Below are positions 9,704-19,932 of a stretch of DNA of 64,000 nt, in pieces; position 1 is the stretch's first letter, and each line of letters starts with the position of its first letter. The DNA is taken from positions 32,001-96,000 of the forward strand of contig JAVZLH010000001.1 of the NCBI GenBank assembly GCA_038883855.1, in the 5' to 3' direction. This DNA comes from Candidatus Bathyarchaeia archaeon. Lineage in GTDB: Archaea > Thermoproteota > Bathyarchaeia > Bathyarchaeales > Bathycorpusculaceae. Both the position numbers and the translations under genes were made by a program. The notes below the pieces were generated by a model. It made no database searches. It was given only the letters and a program-made list of their open reading frames with translations, and was not told where the DNA came from.

Positions 9704-10882
9704 ATGGTGCAGACTCTTGTCGATACAGCAAATCACATAGCTGGATACGCTGCAAAAGCAGCTAGAGTTAAGGTTATTGCAGCCTACCCTATAACACCCC
9801 AAACAACAATTGTGGAGAAAATAGCTGAGTTTGTTGAAAACGGCGAGTTGGACGCTGAATATATTTGTGTGGAATCCGAGCACAGCGCCATGGTCGCTTG
9901 CATAGGCGCTGCAGCGGCTGGAGTTAGAACCTTTACTGCAACTTCATCTCACGGGTTAGCGCTTATGCACGAGGCCTTACATTGGGCCTCTGGATCGCGC
10001 CTGCCAATAGTCATGGCCGTCGTCAATAGAGCAATGGGAGCGCCATGGAGTATATGGCCAGACTTTAGCGACTCTCTTTCTCAAAGAGACACTGGGTGGA
10101 TTCAGTTTTATTGTGCTGACAATCAAGAAGTGTTTGACACAATAATCCAAGCTTACAAGCTTTGTGAAGATGAAAAAGTTTTCTTGCCGGCCATGGTTTG
10201 CCTTGAGGGCTTTATTCTTTCGCATACATATTCTCCTGTGAAAATTCCAGATCAAAAAGAGATTGACGATTTTCTGCCTCCCTACAAGTCTGGGTGGATT
10301 TTAGATGTTAACCGTCCGTTGTCTCATGCAAACGGTGTTTCCCCTGAATATTATATGGAGTTTCGCTACATGATTCAAGAAGCGATGGAAAACGCACAGA
10401 GGCTTATTCCCCAAATTGACAAGGAATACGGCAGCCGTTTTGGCTTTGAATATGGAGGCTTAGTTGAAAAATACAGGTGTGAAGACGCCGATTTGCTGCT
10501 CGTTACTATGGGAACTATGGCTGGTGACGCGAAAATAGCTGTAGACAAAATGCGGAAGGAAGGATTGAAAGTTGGGCTGGCTAGAATCCGAGTTTTCCGC
10601 CCATTTCCAGCAGAAGAAATAAGAAAACTTGCCGAGCATGCGCGAATGCTTGTAACAATCGACCGCCACATATCCTTCGGAGGTGAAGGCTTCCTCGCCG
10701 CAGAAACCAAAGCTTCAATCTTCTCCCAAAAAGACCATCTACTGTTTGCAAGCTTCATTGCAGGCTTAGGGGGTAGAGACGTGACTTTTGAAACAATTGA
10801 AAAAATCGCTAGAAAATCGGCAAAGTGGATGCGTGCAGGAAAGGTGGAAAAAGAAACTTCATGGGTTGATTTGAGAAGGTGA
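9704..10882 (+). CDS. porA: 2-oxoacid:ferredoxin oxidoreductase alpha subunit
   Basis: AYPITPQT, VESEHSA, TATSSHGL, GLGGRD. Confidence 0.94.
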   Translation: MVQTLVDTANHIAGYAAKAARVKVIAAYPITPQTTIVEKIAEFVENGELDAEYICVESEHSAMVACIGAAAAGVRTFTATSSHGLALMHEALHWASGSRLPIVMAVVNRAMGAPWSIWPDFSDSLSQRDTGWIQFYCADNQEVFDTIIQAYKLCEDEKVFLPAMVCLEGFILSHTYSPVKIPDQKEIDDFLPPYKSGWILDVNRPLSHANGVSPEYYMEFRYMIQEAMENAQRLIPQIDKEYGSRFGFEYGGLVEKYRCEDADLLLVTMGTMAGDAKIAVDKMRKEGLKVGLARIRVFRPFPAEEIRKLAEHARMLVTIDRHISFGGEGFLAAETKASIFSQKDHLLFASFIAGLGGRDVTFETIEKIARKSAKWMRAGKVEKETSWVDLRR

Positions 10883-11787
10883 AGAAAATGGTGACAGTAA
10901 AAGATTTTCCTCGAGAGGAATACTTGCTTAAGGGGCACGCTGCATGCGCTGGTTGCGGTCCATCAATTGCCTTAAGATTGCTTTTCAAGGCTTTGGGAAA
11001 CAAAATTATCTTAGTTGTGCCGGCATGTTGCACAACGGTTATTCAAGGACAATATCCCTACACTTCAATCGCTGTGCCTCTTCAGAATATACTGTTTGAA
11101 TCTGCTGCTGCGGCGGCTTCTGGAATAGTTGCGGCGTTACGCAAGAGGGAAATTTGTGATGTAACTGTTGTTGGGTGGGCTGGAGATGGCGGAACCGTTG
11201 ATATCGGTATTCAAGCTTTGTCTGGGGCTGCTGAAAGAGAAACAGACTTCATTTACATATGCTATGATAACGAAGCCTACGGAAATACTGGGATGCAGAG
11301 AAGCGGAGCGACGCCTTATGGCGCTTGGACAACAACCACGCCCTTAGGTAAAAAGGAACGTAAAAAGAATATGCCCATGATTATGGCAGCCCATAAAATA
11401 CCATATGTTGCAACAGCGTGCCCCTCCTATCCAACAGATTTAGTTGCCAAACTGAGGAAAGCCAAAGAAATAAGGGGTACAAAATACATTCACATACTGG
11501 CGCCTTGCCCAACTGGTTGGCGATATGACCCGAGCAAAACGGTTGAAGTTGGACGGCTGGCTGTGCAGACTGGCTTGTGGGCTCTTTACGAAATTGAATA
11601 TGGAAAATTTAGGCTTAATCCCCCAAGCGACCAGCTGCTTGATAAGGTAAAACGTAAACCAGTTGAAGATTACTTTACGTTGCAAGGTAGATTTAGAGGC
11701 TTAACTAAGGAAGACATTGAGCGGATTCAGTATTGGCTTGATGAAGACTGGGAGATGTATCGAAATCTTGCCTTAAGCCAGCGATAA
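10879..11787 (+). CDS. porB: 2-oxoacid:ferredoxin oxidoreductase beta subunit (TPP-binding)
   Basis: GHAACAGCG, GDGG...YDNEAYGNTG, PCPTGW. Confidence 0.94.
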   Translation: MKKMVTVKDFPREEYLLKGHAACAGCGPSIALRLLFKALGNKIILVVPACCTTVIQGQYPYTSIAVPLQNILFESAAAAASGIVAALRKREICDVTVVGWAGDGGTVDIGIQALSGAAERETDFIYICYDNEAYGNTGMQRSGATPYGAWTTTTPLGKKERKKNMPMIMAAHKIPYVATACPSYPTDLVAKLRKAKEIRGTKYIHILAPCPTGWRYDPSKTVEVGRLAVQTGLWALYEIEYGKFRLNPPSDQLLDKVKRKPVEDYFTLQGRFRGLTKEDIERIQYWLDEDWEMYRNLALSQR

Positions 11788-11898
11788 CGTGCGTCTAATT
11801 TGTTGTTGCACGGAAAAATATAAGAAGCTAAAAACAGATGATATAACCTACTTAGCAATGCCTGTCTGTCGTTCAATCAAGGAAAAAGGAGGTAGAAT

Positions 11899-12228
11899 AT
11901 GACAGAAGAAAAACCGAAAGAGGGAAGGTCAGCCAAAAATGTACAGCAAGCTCAAGTCGGCGAAACAACAGTGCTTGTCGGCAAAAAGCCAGTGATGAAC
12001 TACGTGATTGCCTGCCTAACATTCTTCAATTCTGGAGCGAAAAAAGTTGTTGTCAAAGCAAGAGGGCGGGCAATCAGCAGAGCCGTTGACACGGTTGAAC
12101 TCTTAAGGAGAGCTTTTCTAAAAGACTTGCAATTACAAGAAATCAACATCTATACAGAAGAAGTCACCCGAAGCGAAGGACAAAAAACCAATGTCTCAGC
12201 AATCGAGATAACTTTAACGCGACCATAG
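11899..12228 (+). CDS. albA: DNA/RNA-binding chromatin protein Alba
   Basis: VGKKPVMNYV, KARGRAISRAVD, NVSAIEITL; GGAGGT SD upstream. Confidence 0.96.
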   Translation: MTEEKPKEGRSAKNVQQAQVGETTVLVGKKPVMNYVIACLTFFNSGAKKVVVKARGRAISRAVDTVELLRRAFLKDLQLQEINIYTEEVTRSEGQKTNVSAIEITLTRP

Positions 12229-12374
12229 ACTTTCACTTTCAACTGACTCCATTCGTAATTCGTTGTCCGTGGTATCTTTGATTATTGAAGTCTCTATATT
12301 CCTATAAGGATTGAGACACAAGCAGTTATATAAAACGTTTCTTGATAACCATTAACTTCATCAAGTGATACAAA

Positions 12375-13712
12375 ATGAGCGCGCACCCAAAAATTGTGGT
12401 TACTCCGCCAGGTCCGAAGGCGAGAGAACTTGTCAGAAAGGACGAGAGTTTGATTTCTCCTTCTTACATAAGATTTTATCCGCTCGTGGTTGAGTCAGGA
12501 AGCGGGTGCATCGTGAAAGATGTGGATGGTAATGAATACATAGACTTTAATTCTGGACTAGCATGTTTAAATGTTGGTCACAACCATCCAAAAGTGATTG
12601 CTGCTATAAAAAGCCAATGTGATCGTTTTTTACATTATTCAAATACAGACTTCTATTATCGCGAGGTCGTCGACCTTGCGGAAAAACTTGTCGAAATAAC
12701 TCCTGGAAAAGTGCAGAAAAAAGTTTTTTTCAGTAACAGCGGGGCTGAAGCCGTTGAAGCAGCAATTAAGTTAGCGAAGTGGCATACCCGCAGACAACTT
12801 TTTATTAGCTTTATCAATGCTTTTCATGGAAGAACTACAGGGGCGTTATCCCTTACTGCGAGTAAACTGGCTCAAAGGCGCTATTTCTTCCCGTTAATGC
12901 CAGGCGTGGTTCATGTTCCATACGCCTATTGTTACCGTTGCCCCTTCAAATTAACTTACCCAGATTGCAACTACTGGTGCGTTGACTTTATCGACGAGTT
13001 TGTTCTGCAAAAGTATACACCTCCAGAAGATGTTGCAGCCTTGATTTTCGAGCCAATTCAAGGTGAAGGCGGGTATGTTGTTCCGCCACCAGAATACTTC
13101 CAGCGGATAAAGAAACTGGCTGACAAATATGGTTTTTTGCTTGTTGATGATGAAGTGCAAGCTGGCATTGGGCGAACGGGGAAGTGGTTTGCAATCGAAT
13201 ATTGGAATGTTGAACCAGATATTTTGTGCAGTGCAAAGGCGTTGGCGTCTGGATTGCCGTTGGGTGCAACTATTGCCAAGGCAAAAATAATGGACTGGAT
13301 TGGTGGTTCCCACGCAAGCACGTTCGGTGGAAACCCCCTATCGTGTGTCGCGGCAAACACAGTTATTGATATCATTAAAGAAGATAAGCTCCTTGAGAAT
13401 GCGACTAAACAGGGAACCTATATTCTCAAGAGGCTTGAAGAATTGAAGGAAGAAAGCGAAATCGTCGGCGACGTTAGGGGGAAGGGCTTAATGATAGGCA
13501 TCGAAATGGTTGAAGACAAGGAAAGCAAAAAACCTGCAGTTAAAAAGGCAAATGAGATAATAATTCGCTCTTGGAAGCGCGGGGTGGTCGTGGTAACCTG
13601 TGGAGTTTCCACAATAAGAATAGCACCACCACTTAATATCACGAGACAGCTTGTCGATACAGCACTGGACATAATAATAGACTGTGTGAAAGAGGTTGAA
13701 AAAGAAACGTAA
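12375..13712 (+). CDS. class III PLP aminotransferase (acetylornithine/4-aminobutyrate aminotransferase family)
   Basis: SGAEAVEAAIK, FHGRT, EPIQGEGG, DEVQAGIGRTG, AKALASG, STFGGNP. Confidence 0.92.
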   Translation: MSAHPKIVVTPPGPKARELVRKDESLISPSYIRFYPLVVESGSGCIVKDVDGNEYIDFNSGLACLNVGHNHPKVIAAIKSQCDRFLHYSNTDFYYREVVDLAEKLVEITPGKVQKKVFFSNSGAEAVEAAIKLAKWHTRRQLFISFINAFHGRTTGALSLTASKLAQRRYFFPLMPGVVHVPYAYCYRCPFKLTYPDCNYWCVDFIDEFVLQKYTPPEDVAALIFEPIQGEGGYVVPPPEYFQRIKKLADKYGFLLVDDEVQAGIGRTGKWFAIEYWNVEPDILCSAKALASGLPLGATIAKAKIMDWIGGSHASTFGGNPLSCVAANTVIDIIKEDKLLENATKQGTYILKRLEELKEESEIVGDVRGKGLMIGIEMVEDKESKKPAVKKANEIIIRSWKRGVVVVTCGVSTIRIAPPLNITRQLVDTALDIIIDCVKEVEKET

Positions 13713-13731
13713 CACTAAATTATGAAGTTAG

Positions 13732-15747
13732 CTACGAAATCTGATGTTCTAAAACGGGATAAATTACTTTTCCAGTTTCCTCTGTTGGAACTAAACCTGG
13801 AGCGCGTTTTTTCAATTCTTCCTTGAATTTTTCAGACCTTAATATTGTCAGGAAGGCTTGTATGGGTTGTTTTTGTAAGCGGTTTTTTTGGATTACAAAA
13901 TCGTATTTCTCGTCTGCTATAGGTATAAAGTCTAATCCGTATCGTTCGGCAACTGCCTTTATCCCTAAACCTACATCTGCTTTCTCATGTAAAACAGCTA
14001 AGGCAACTGACGTGTGAGATTTTGCCTCAAACTGGTATCCATTAATTTTTGCAACAATCTCATTGAAGCTAACTTTCCTTTCTTTCGCTATTTTTTTAAG
14101 GTTCATATCCAACAGTATTCTGGTTCCAGAACCAGGGTTTCTGTTTATGAAGGAGATGTCATTTCGGATTATGTCTTGTAGTTGCGTTATGTCTTTCGGG
14201 TTTCCTTTTGCGACTATTAGGCCTTGCTGGCGGTTATAACCTCGCACTAAAACTGCCTTTTCGTTGACGCCATACCTTTTGAGGAATGGTATGTTGTATT
14301 CTGCTGTCTCCTCATCTAACAAGTGTATCCCCGCGATGTCGGTTTCTCCTCGTCTTATAGCTGCTAAACCTCCTGAAGAACCAACATTGATAACCTTTGA
14401 GGTGATGTTTGGGTTTTCGCTTCGCAGTAACTCTAAAAGTATGTCTATTCCAACGCAGTGGCTTCCAATAATCATAAGGTCCGCTGGCTTCAACTCTGAA
14501 CTAAAAAGCTTAACCCGAACGAGTTCGCCGCTCTCAAGAAATGTTCTGTTTTCCGGTATCTCTATAAACCCATCGGCTTCAGCTAATGTTGTTATTGCCC
14601 CGGACCCGCTGAGAATCGGGTAAGCAGTGTACTCGCCTGTCTCTCCTAAAATAACGTTTACTGGCAAATACTCCCTTCTTCCTTCTTGAAGATAGATTTT
14701 TTCTGCAGTTTTAGCGTGTATAACCACGTTCTCCAACTGCGGTTTCAGCCCAGCCATTTCCCGCAAAACAGGCATGGCAAATATTTGAAATATCGTTAAA
14801 GCAGAGGTCGGGTAGCCGGGAAGCCCAAAAAGAGGCTTTCCATCCACAACGGCTATGATGAGAGGTTTTCCTGGTTTAACTGAAACTCCGTGAACAAGAA
14901 TTCCCGGTTTTCCCAAGTTGTCTATTATCTGGTATAAAAGATCGCCCACCCCGGCGGATGTGCCTCCAGAAGTTATAACCATATCTGCCTTTTGAAGCCC
15001 CTCCCTAAGTTTTCGAGTTATTAATTCTGCGTTATCTTGTACTATGCCTAGAAGAACAGGCTGGCCTCCGTTCTCGATTACAGAGGCATAAATTGAATAA
15101 GAGTTAATGTCGTAGATTTTTCCATATTCCAGAGGCTTACCAGGCTGAACAATCTCGTTTCCAGTTGAGATTATGGCGACAGTCGGTTTTCTAAAGACTT
15201 TAACTTCAGTCACGCCCATAGAAGCTAGAACGCCAATTTCTCTAGGGGTCAAAACAGTTCCTTTTCTGAGGATAAGTTCCCCCGCCATAATGTCTGATCC
15301 GCCGGCCATTATGTTTTCTCCCGGAGAAACAGGCTTAAAAACCCTTAATGTTTTTCCGTCTTGCCAAGTGTGCTCCACCATGACAACGGCGTTTGCGCCT
15401 TTAGGTATGGGTGCGCCTGTCGAAGTTTCTACAGCTTGTCCCTTTTCCACATCGATTTCTGGGCGTTCTCCAGCTCCAACTTTACCCACAATTTCTAAAA
15501 TTACTGGTTTCTCTTCTTCGGCCCCAAAAGTATCTTCTGCGTGCACTGCAAACCCGTCCATTGTTGCTCTGTCAAAGGGCGGTACATCAATTTGTGCTTG
15601 TACGTCTTCTGCTAAAACTCTCCCGTAAGCTTGAGTCAAAGGTATAGATTCTATGCCCACAGGTTTGGGAGTGAACTGCGCATAGAATATTCTTTTTGCC
15701 TCTTCAACGGAAACAAGTTTCCTGAAAACTTTTCTCTTCATTTTCAC
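13732..15747 (-). CDS. moeA: molybdopterin molybdenum/tungsten transferase MoeA fused to C-terminal periplasmic-binding-type (PBP) domain
   Basis: PPFDRATMDGFAV, STGNE, SGGTSAG, GLPGYP; C-terminal GSHC, GSSGGL and NRNPGSGTR PBP motifs. Confidence 0.93.
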   Translation of the reverse strand: MKMKRKVFRKLVSVEEAKRIFYAQFTPKPVGIESIPLTQAYGRVLAEDVQAQIDVPPFDRATMDGFAVHAEDTFGAEEEKPVILEIVGKVGAGERPEIDVEKGQAVETSTGAPIPKGANAVVMVEHTWQDGKTLRVFKPVSPGENIMAGGSDIMAGELILRKGTVLTPREIGVLASMGVTEVKVFRKPTVAIISTGNEIVQPGKPLEYGKIYDINSYSIYASVIENGGQPVLLGIVQDNAELITRKLREGLQKADMVITSGGTSAGVGDLLYQIIDNLGKPGILVHGVSVKPGKPLIIAVVDGKPLFGLPGYPTSALTIFQIFAMPVLREMAGLKPQLENVVIHAKTAEKIYLQEGRREYLPVNVILGETGEYTAYPILSGSGAITTLAEADGFIEIPENRTFLESGELVRVKLFSSELKPADLMIIGSHCVGIDILLELLRSENPNITSKVINVGSSGGLAAIRRGETDIAGIHLLDEETAEYNIPFLKRYGVNEKAVLVRGYNRQQGLIVAKGNPKDITQLQDIIRNDISFINRNPGSGTRILLDMNLKKIAKERKVSFNEIVAKINGYQFEAKSHTSVALAVLHEKADVGLGIKAVAERYGLDFIPIADEKYDFVIQKNRLQKQPIQAFLTILRSEKFKEELKKRAPGLVPTEETGKVIYPVLEHQIS

Positions 15748-17015
15748 TCCTCCAAAGTTCTTAAAAGAATCACCTCAACTTCTTCGCCTTCTTCGATCCC
15801 TTCCTTTTCTTCCGGGATTACCACCAGACCGTTGGCTTTAACCATTGATGATATAATCCCCGCGCCTCTAGTCCTAACAAGGTCTGCGACATACCCCTCA
15901 TCCATCTTTTTAACGATAACCCTTACAAAATCCCTCACTCCAGGACTTGAGAGCACTCTTCTAGCCATTACCGCCTTAACAACATGTCCTGGAGGCTTTC
16001 CCACGGACGTGCCGAGCATCTTTGATATGAGCGGCTTGGCGAAAGTGTTGAAAGCCATCATGTTTGACACGGGATATCCAGGTAAAAGAATGACTGGTTT
16101 GCCGTTGACTGCTGCGAGCGCTGTTGGCTTTCCAGGTCTCATAGCTATTCCATGAATTACTACACCTGGTTTTCCAAGGGAGTTAACTACTTCAGGAGCG
16201 AGGTCTCTTTCACCCACGGATGTGCCGCCGCTCACTAACACTAAATCCGCTTTTGCCAATCCCTCAGATATTCGGGATTTTATTTCAGTTATATCGTCTT
16301 TAGCTATGCCTAGATCTAAAGGTTCTCCGCCTGCGTCTTTTACAGCGGCAAAGAGGAAAAATCGATTTGAGTCTATTGTTTTGCTCATGGCGACTTCATG
16401 TTTTGGTTCGACAAGCTCGTTTCCAGTAGATAATATGGCGACTCTTGGTTTACGCACAACCTTAACATCGACTTTTCCTATCGCTGCAAGTATCGCGATA
16501 TCTTGCGGCTGAAGAACTGTTCCCTTGCTTAACACTTTTTCACCTTTTTTAACATCTTCCCCCTTTTGTGAAACATTCTCTCCAGGCGTTGTTGGTCGAT
16601 AAATCTCAATCTTGTTGTCGCCGATGATCTCCGTGTACTCGAGCATTACAACAGAATCTGCACCCTTTGGAATCGGTGCTCCCGTGGCGACTCTGGCAGC
16701 CTTCTGCCCATCAACGATGACTGCTGGTGTTTGTCCAACTTCCACAGCGCCTACTATGTCAAAAACTATGGGGTTCGTCGGCGAAGCCCCAAAAGTGTCG
16801 TGAGACCTTACAGCGTAACCATCCACGGCGGATCTATCAAAGTGTGGGATGTCGGTTTCAGACACGACATCTTCAGCTAAAACTCTGCCTAAAGCTTCGG
16901 TTATGTGGGTTTTTTCCGCTTGAAGAACTTCTATCTTAACCTCTTTAAGGTATTTCCTCAGCGCTTCCTCAACCGATGTCTGTTCACTAAATCCTCTTGC
17001 TTTGACCTCTTTCAT
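15744..17015 (-). CDS. moeA: molybdopterin molybdotransferase MoeA (start likely ATG 17015)
   Basis: PHFDRSAVDGYAV, STGNEL, SGGTSVG, PGKP, LPGYP; ATG 17015 overlaps the upstream stop (ATGA). Confidence 0.93.
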   Translation of the reverse strand: MKEVKARGFSEQTSVEEALRKYLKEVKIEVLQAEKTHITEALGRVLAEDVVSETDIPHFDRSAVDGYAVRSHDTFGASPTNPIVFDIVGAVEVGQTPAVIVDGQKAARVATGAPIPKGADSVVMLEYTEIIGDNKIEIYRPTTPGENVSQKGEDVKKGEKVLSKGTVLQPQDIAILAAIGKVDVKVVRKPRVAILSTGNELVEPKHEVAMSKTIDSNRFFLFAAVKDAGGEPLDLGIAKDDITEIKSRISEGLAKADLVLVSGGTSVGERDLAPEVVNSLGKPGVVIHGIAMRPGKPTALAAVNGKPVILLPGYPVSNMMAFNTFAKPLISKMLGTSVGKPPGHVVKAVMARRVLSSPGVRDFVRVIVKKMDEGYVADLVRTRGAGIISSMVKANGLVVIPEEKEGIEEGEEVEVILLRTLEE

Positions 17016-17419
17016 GTTTTCCCTCCATAATTTGTCTGAATCGCTTTCAGAAATTCCTTGTAATCCGTTGGTTCCTCCCAGGTGCCTGTCCACTCTTCAG
17101 TTGGAATTAAAGTGATTGTCACCCTTTCTGGGAGTTCATTTTTCAAATTTTCTCTTACACTGAATATTTTACCATTTTGCTCATAATCTGTTGCTGTCAC
17201 TTGCTGGTAAAACCTCTTTTTGGTAGGGTTATAAATCGCATGAAGAAAACTTCCACAATCGTATACAAAAAAGTTTTCTATATCCCATATTGCCTTGTTT
17301 ACCGCTATGATTGCGTCTAGAATGTTTGCCTTATTGTTTAACATTAAATTCGGTTCATGACTTATGAGCTTGTTAATCATGGTTGATGAAGAACCAGTTT
17401 TATCTTTTTCACTAGTCAT
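17012..17419 (-). CDS. hypothetical protein, possibly MoaD/beta-grasp-like, coupled to the moeA pair
   Basis: 135-aa ORF with ATGA overlap into moeA; the fold guess is weak. Confidence 0.5.
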   Translation of the reverse strand: MTSEKDKTGSSSTMINKLISHEPNLMLNNKANILDAIIAVNKAIWDIENFFVYDCGSFLHAIYNPTKKRFYQQVTATDYEQNGKIFSVRENLKNELPERVTITLIPTEEWTGTWEEPTDYKEFLKAIQTNYGGKT

Positions 17420-17456
17420 CTAGTAAAATCTTACAGGTCTAAAATATATGCGTTAT

Positions 17457-17833
17457 TAGGGGCAAAAGAGAACCACTTCTCTTCTTTTTTGGGCTCTTAT
17501 ACCTAGAACACTACTAACATTATGGATAAAAGCTGCCGTCAGAAAGAAGACTGTGGCAATGAATAAGCTATTCGCATACCCATTTCTGGTCACATAGTTT
17601 ATAACGAGCAAAAAGGCATCGACTGGAGCCAGAGTTGTGCGATGCTTAAAATTTTAGGTATGGCGAACCATATTCTTCGCTTTTCATACGAGGCTGAATC
17701 TGTTATAAGTGCCGTAAGTACTGGCCTTATAAGAGGCATAGGTTTTGTATCACGGCACAAACAATGTGAAGCCATAAAACCATAGGAAATTGCCACGCCA
17801 CTCTTGGAGTTGAAGCAAGCTAATGTCTTCCAT
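17457..17833 (-). pseudogene. degraded MFS-type membrane transporter remnant
   Basis: Hydrophobic fragments in different frames (PVLTALITDSASYEKRRIWFAI; LAPVDAFLLV; MRIAYS / IATVFFLTAAFI) resembling MFS loops and helices, separated by frameshifts and stops. Confidence 0.45.
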
Positions 17834-17862
17834 ACTTGTCTGCTCAGTAAATAAAAATAATG

Positions 17863-18438
17863 TTAGAAGCTACTTGGCTTCGCTATGATTTCCCTTATTT
17901 TTAGGTCGAAGAATCTGGCGGCGTTTGCTGGGCGTATTCGTAGTGCGGTGTCCGCACCTTTGCTAGTTCCAGCGATGGCGACGATATCCTTATCAATGGG
18001 AATTAGTCCAGCGTCTGCAGCCATCAGCGTAATTTCTACACAAACTTTAGTTCCTTGACCCATAAGCCTGAGCACGCTTGCAATTAGTTCTAATGGTTGA
18101 ATTGTGCCGAAATCTTTGCGTACAGCTCTTTCCGCACTGCTCAATGCGTGAGTGCCTGTGAAGATTTTTGCGCCGTTTTCAAGAATTTGTTTTTTGTAGT
18201 TCTCCTGTAACTCGTTTTTTCCAGGTTCTTTAAATCCGCAGTGATGAGTAACGATCACGACGTTTTTACCCTTAAAAATGTTTGACGCTTTGGCTCCTGT
18301 TTCACCTGTTGTTGATGCAACAACAATGTCTGTTATATTTTCTTTATCCACGTATTCTTTAGCAAATTTTAGAAGGTTGTCTGTGTTTTGTTCGCCGGCT
18401 TCTTTGAAGTAAACTGTTTTTTTCTCCACGAAGCTCAT
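17863..18438 (-). CDS. pyruvate kinase C-terminal alpha/beta domain protein (MTH1675-like)
   Basis: VVASTTGETG, THALS, GQGTKVCVEI..MAADAG, GGADTA-like motif. Confidence 0.88.
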   Translation of the reverse strand: MSFVEKKTVYFKEAGEQNTDNLLKFAKEYVDKENITDIVVASTTGETGAKASNIFKGKNVVIVTHHCGFKEPGKNELQENYKKQILENGAKIFTGTHALSSAERAVRKDFGTIQPLELIASVLRLMGQGTKVCVEITLMAADAGLIPIDKDIVAIAGTSKGADTALRIRPANAARFFDLKIREIIAKPSSF

Positions 18439-18461
18439 TCGTGTTTCCTCATTTCAAAATC

Positions 18462-18998
18462 CTAAGTTTCTACGTTCTTAATTTGCTTTCCCCTTACTGG
18501 TTTCCGTTTTAGTTCGGTTCCGCATATTCTGCATTTTGTAGAATTGTAGTCTGCTGGGTATCTCTTGCGGCACGCTGGGCAATATCGCAACCATTGCAAG
18601 CGTCTTCGTATGCCTAATGTGGCAAGGGAAGCAAATTCTATCCCCATTTGGTTTGCAACATTCTGTATGGAGTAATCGTCCGTAATTATTAGTGGGTGAT
18701 AATTCATTGACTTCAGTTCAGAAGCTAAAGCCAAAAGTTGCATGTCTGTTTCTGAAAGAAAAAAAGCATCTCCCAAAGAGGTTGCAGAAGCCATAACTTT
18801 GTTCAAAAAAGCTTCTGCTGGCTTCCTAACTTTTAATCTTCCATTTTCAACCGCGGTTTTGAATCTAACCCACGGCATGGAGCTTTCCGCTATCTCCTCC
18901 TTAACGTTTGGAACAGTAAATTGTTCTTCGTTTATTGAAAAGGGGTCGTAGCCAACCAGAAAAGCGGAAGTATCCAAAATTATGGCTTTTTTTTGAAT
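18462..18998 (-). CDS. nob1: Nob1-like PIN endonuclease with C-terminal zinc ribbon; start uncertain (ATT 18998 or TTG 18977)
   Basis: (IIL)DTSAF, LSETD, TDDYSIQNVA, CPAC...CRICG. Confidence 0.9.
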   Translation of the reverse strand: MQKKAIILDTSAFLVGYDPFSINEEQFTVPNVKEEIAESSMPWVRFKTAVENGRLKVRKPAEAFLNKVMASATSLGDAFFLSETDMQLLALASELKSMNYHPLIITDDYSIQNVANQMGIEFASLATLGIRRRLQWLRYCPACRKRYPADYNSTKCRICGTELKRKPVRGKQIKNVET

Positions 18999-19001
18999 TT
19001 T

Positions 19002-19856
19002 TTATCCCATTCCCTTAAATAATAATCTATTCCGCAGTCTATCATAAAAGTTTTCTTTAAACCTTATGAAGCTTGTTTCATATTTTGAACGCGTAACAGC
19101 TACGCTTGGTCGTTTGGATGCTACTAATTGGCTATATTGCCCATCAATTAAAACACGGATTTTTTGGGGTCTCTTAACCTCGATTTTTATCGTGTAGTTT
19201 GAAGGGAACACTATTGACCTAAAAATGGTTAAAGCGCAGATTGGGGTCAAAACAAAAGCGTTCATTTCCGGGTCTAAAACCGGTCCCCCTGCAGCCAACG
19301 AATAACCTGTAGACCCTGTTTGTGTGGACACCATTAGCCCGTCTGTTTGGCATCGTAGTATTGGTTGCCCGTTTTTTAAAATTTCCGTGTAGAGTATTTT
19401 TGCCTGTTCTTCTGCTGATATTACAACCTCGTTTAGGGCGTCTGGAAAACGTGTTCCATCTGCTGTAACAGAAAGTTTCTCACACTTTTCAACTTTGAAC
19501 TCACCCTTTAAGCATTTATCAACTGCACTTAGGGCATCTTTCGGATCAACCTCTGTTAGAAAACCTCTGATACCCATGTTAATTGCCAGTAGAGGCGGCT
19601 CTGGCTTCGGAATTGAAACACATGTTCTTAAAATAGTTCCATCTCCGCCTACAGTTATTATGAAGTCGGTTTTCATTTCGTTTAAGGGCACAATTTTTCC
19701 ACCGCTTACTTTCCCCGATAATGTCTCTTCCATATAAACATCCAAACCTTTCTCTTTCAAGTAGTTGACTAGGTCTTGCGCGAGTTTGATGGCTTTTTTC
19801 TTGTCGTATCGGGCTACCAAGCCGACGCTTTTAAACAATTTTTTCACCGTTCTCAA
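19002..19856 (-). CDS. nadK: NAD(+) kinase
   Basis: GGDGTILR, LNE, DGLMVSTQTGSTGYSLAAGGP. Confidence 0.95.
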   Translation of the reverse strand: MRTVKKLFKSVGLVARYDKKKAIKLAQDLVNYLKEKGLDVYMEETLSGKVSGGKIVPLNEMKTDFIITVGGDGTILRTCVSIPKPEPPLLAINMGIRGFLTEVDPKDALSAVDKCLKGEFKVEKCEKLSVTADGTRFPDALNEVVISAEEQAKILYTEILKNGQPILRCQTDGLMVSTQTGSTGYSLAAGGPVLDPEMNAFVLTPICALTIFRSIVFPSNYTIKIEVKRPQKIRVLIDGQYSQLVASKRPSVAVTRSKYETSFIRFKENFYDRLRNRLLFKGMG

Positions 19857-19932
19857 CTATTTAGCGATAGCTTAATCTATATATGAGTGTTGTTTAAAAT
19901 TGCTGGTTAAGAATACTTAGGTTGGTGCGGGC

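Noticed and set aside
12280-12320. Hairpin GTCTC...TCCTATAAGGA...GAGAC between alba and the aminotransferase
   Set aside because: Short and imperfect, with no box motifs or other support for an ncRNA
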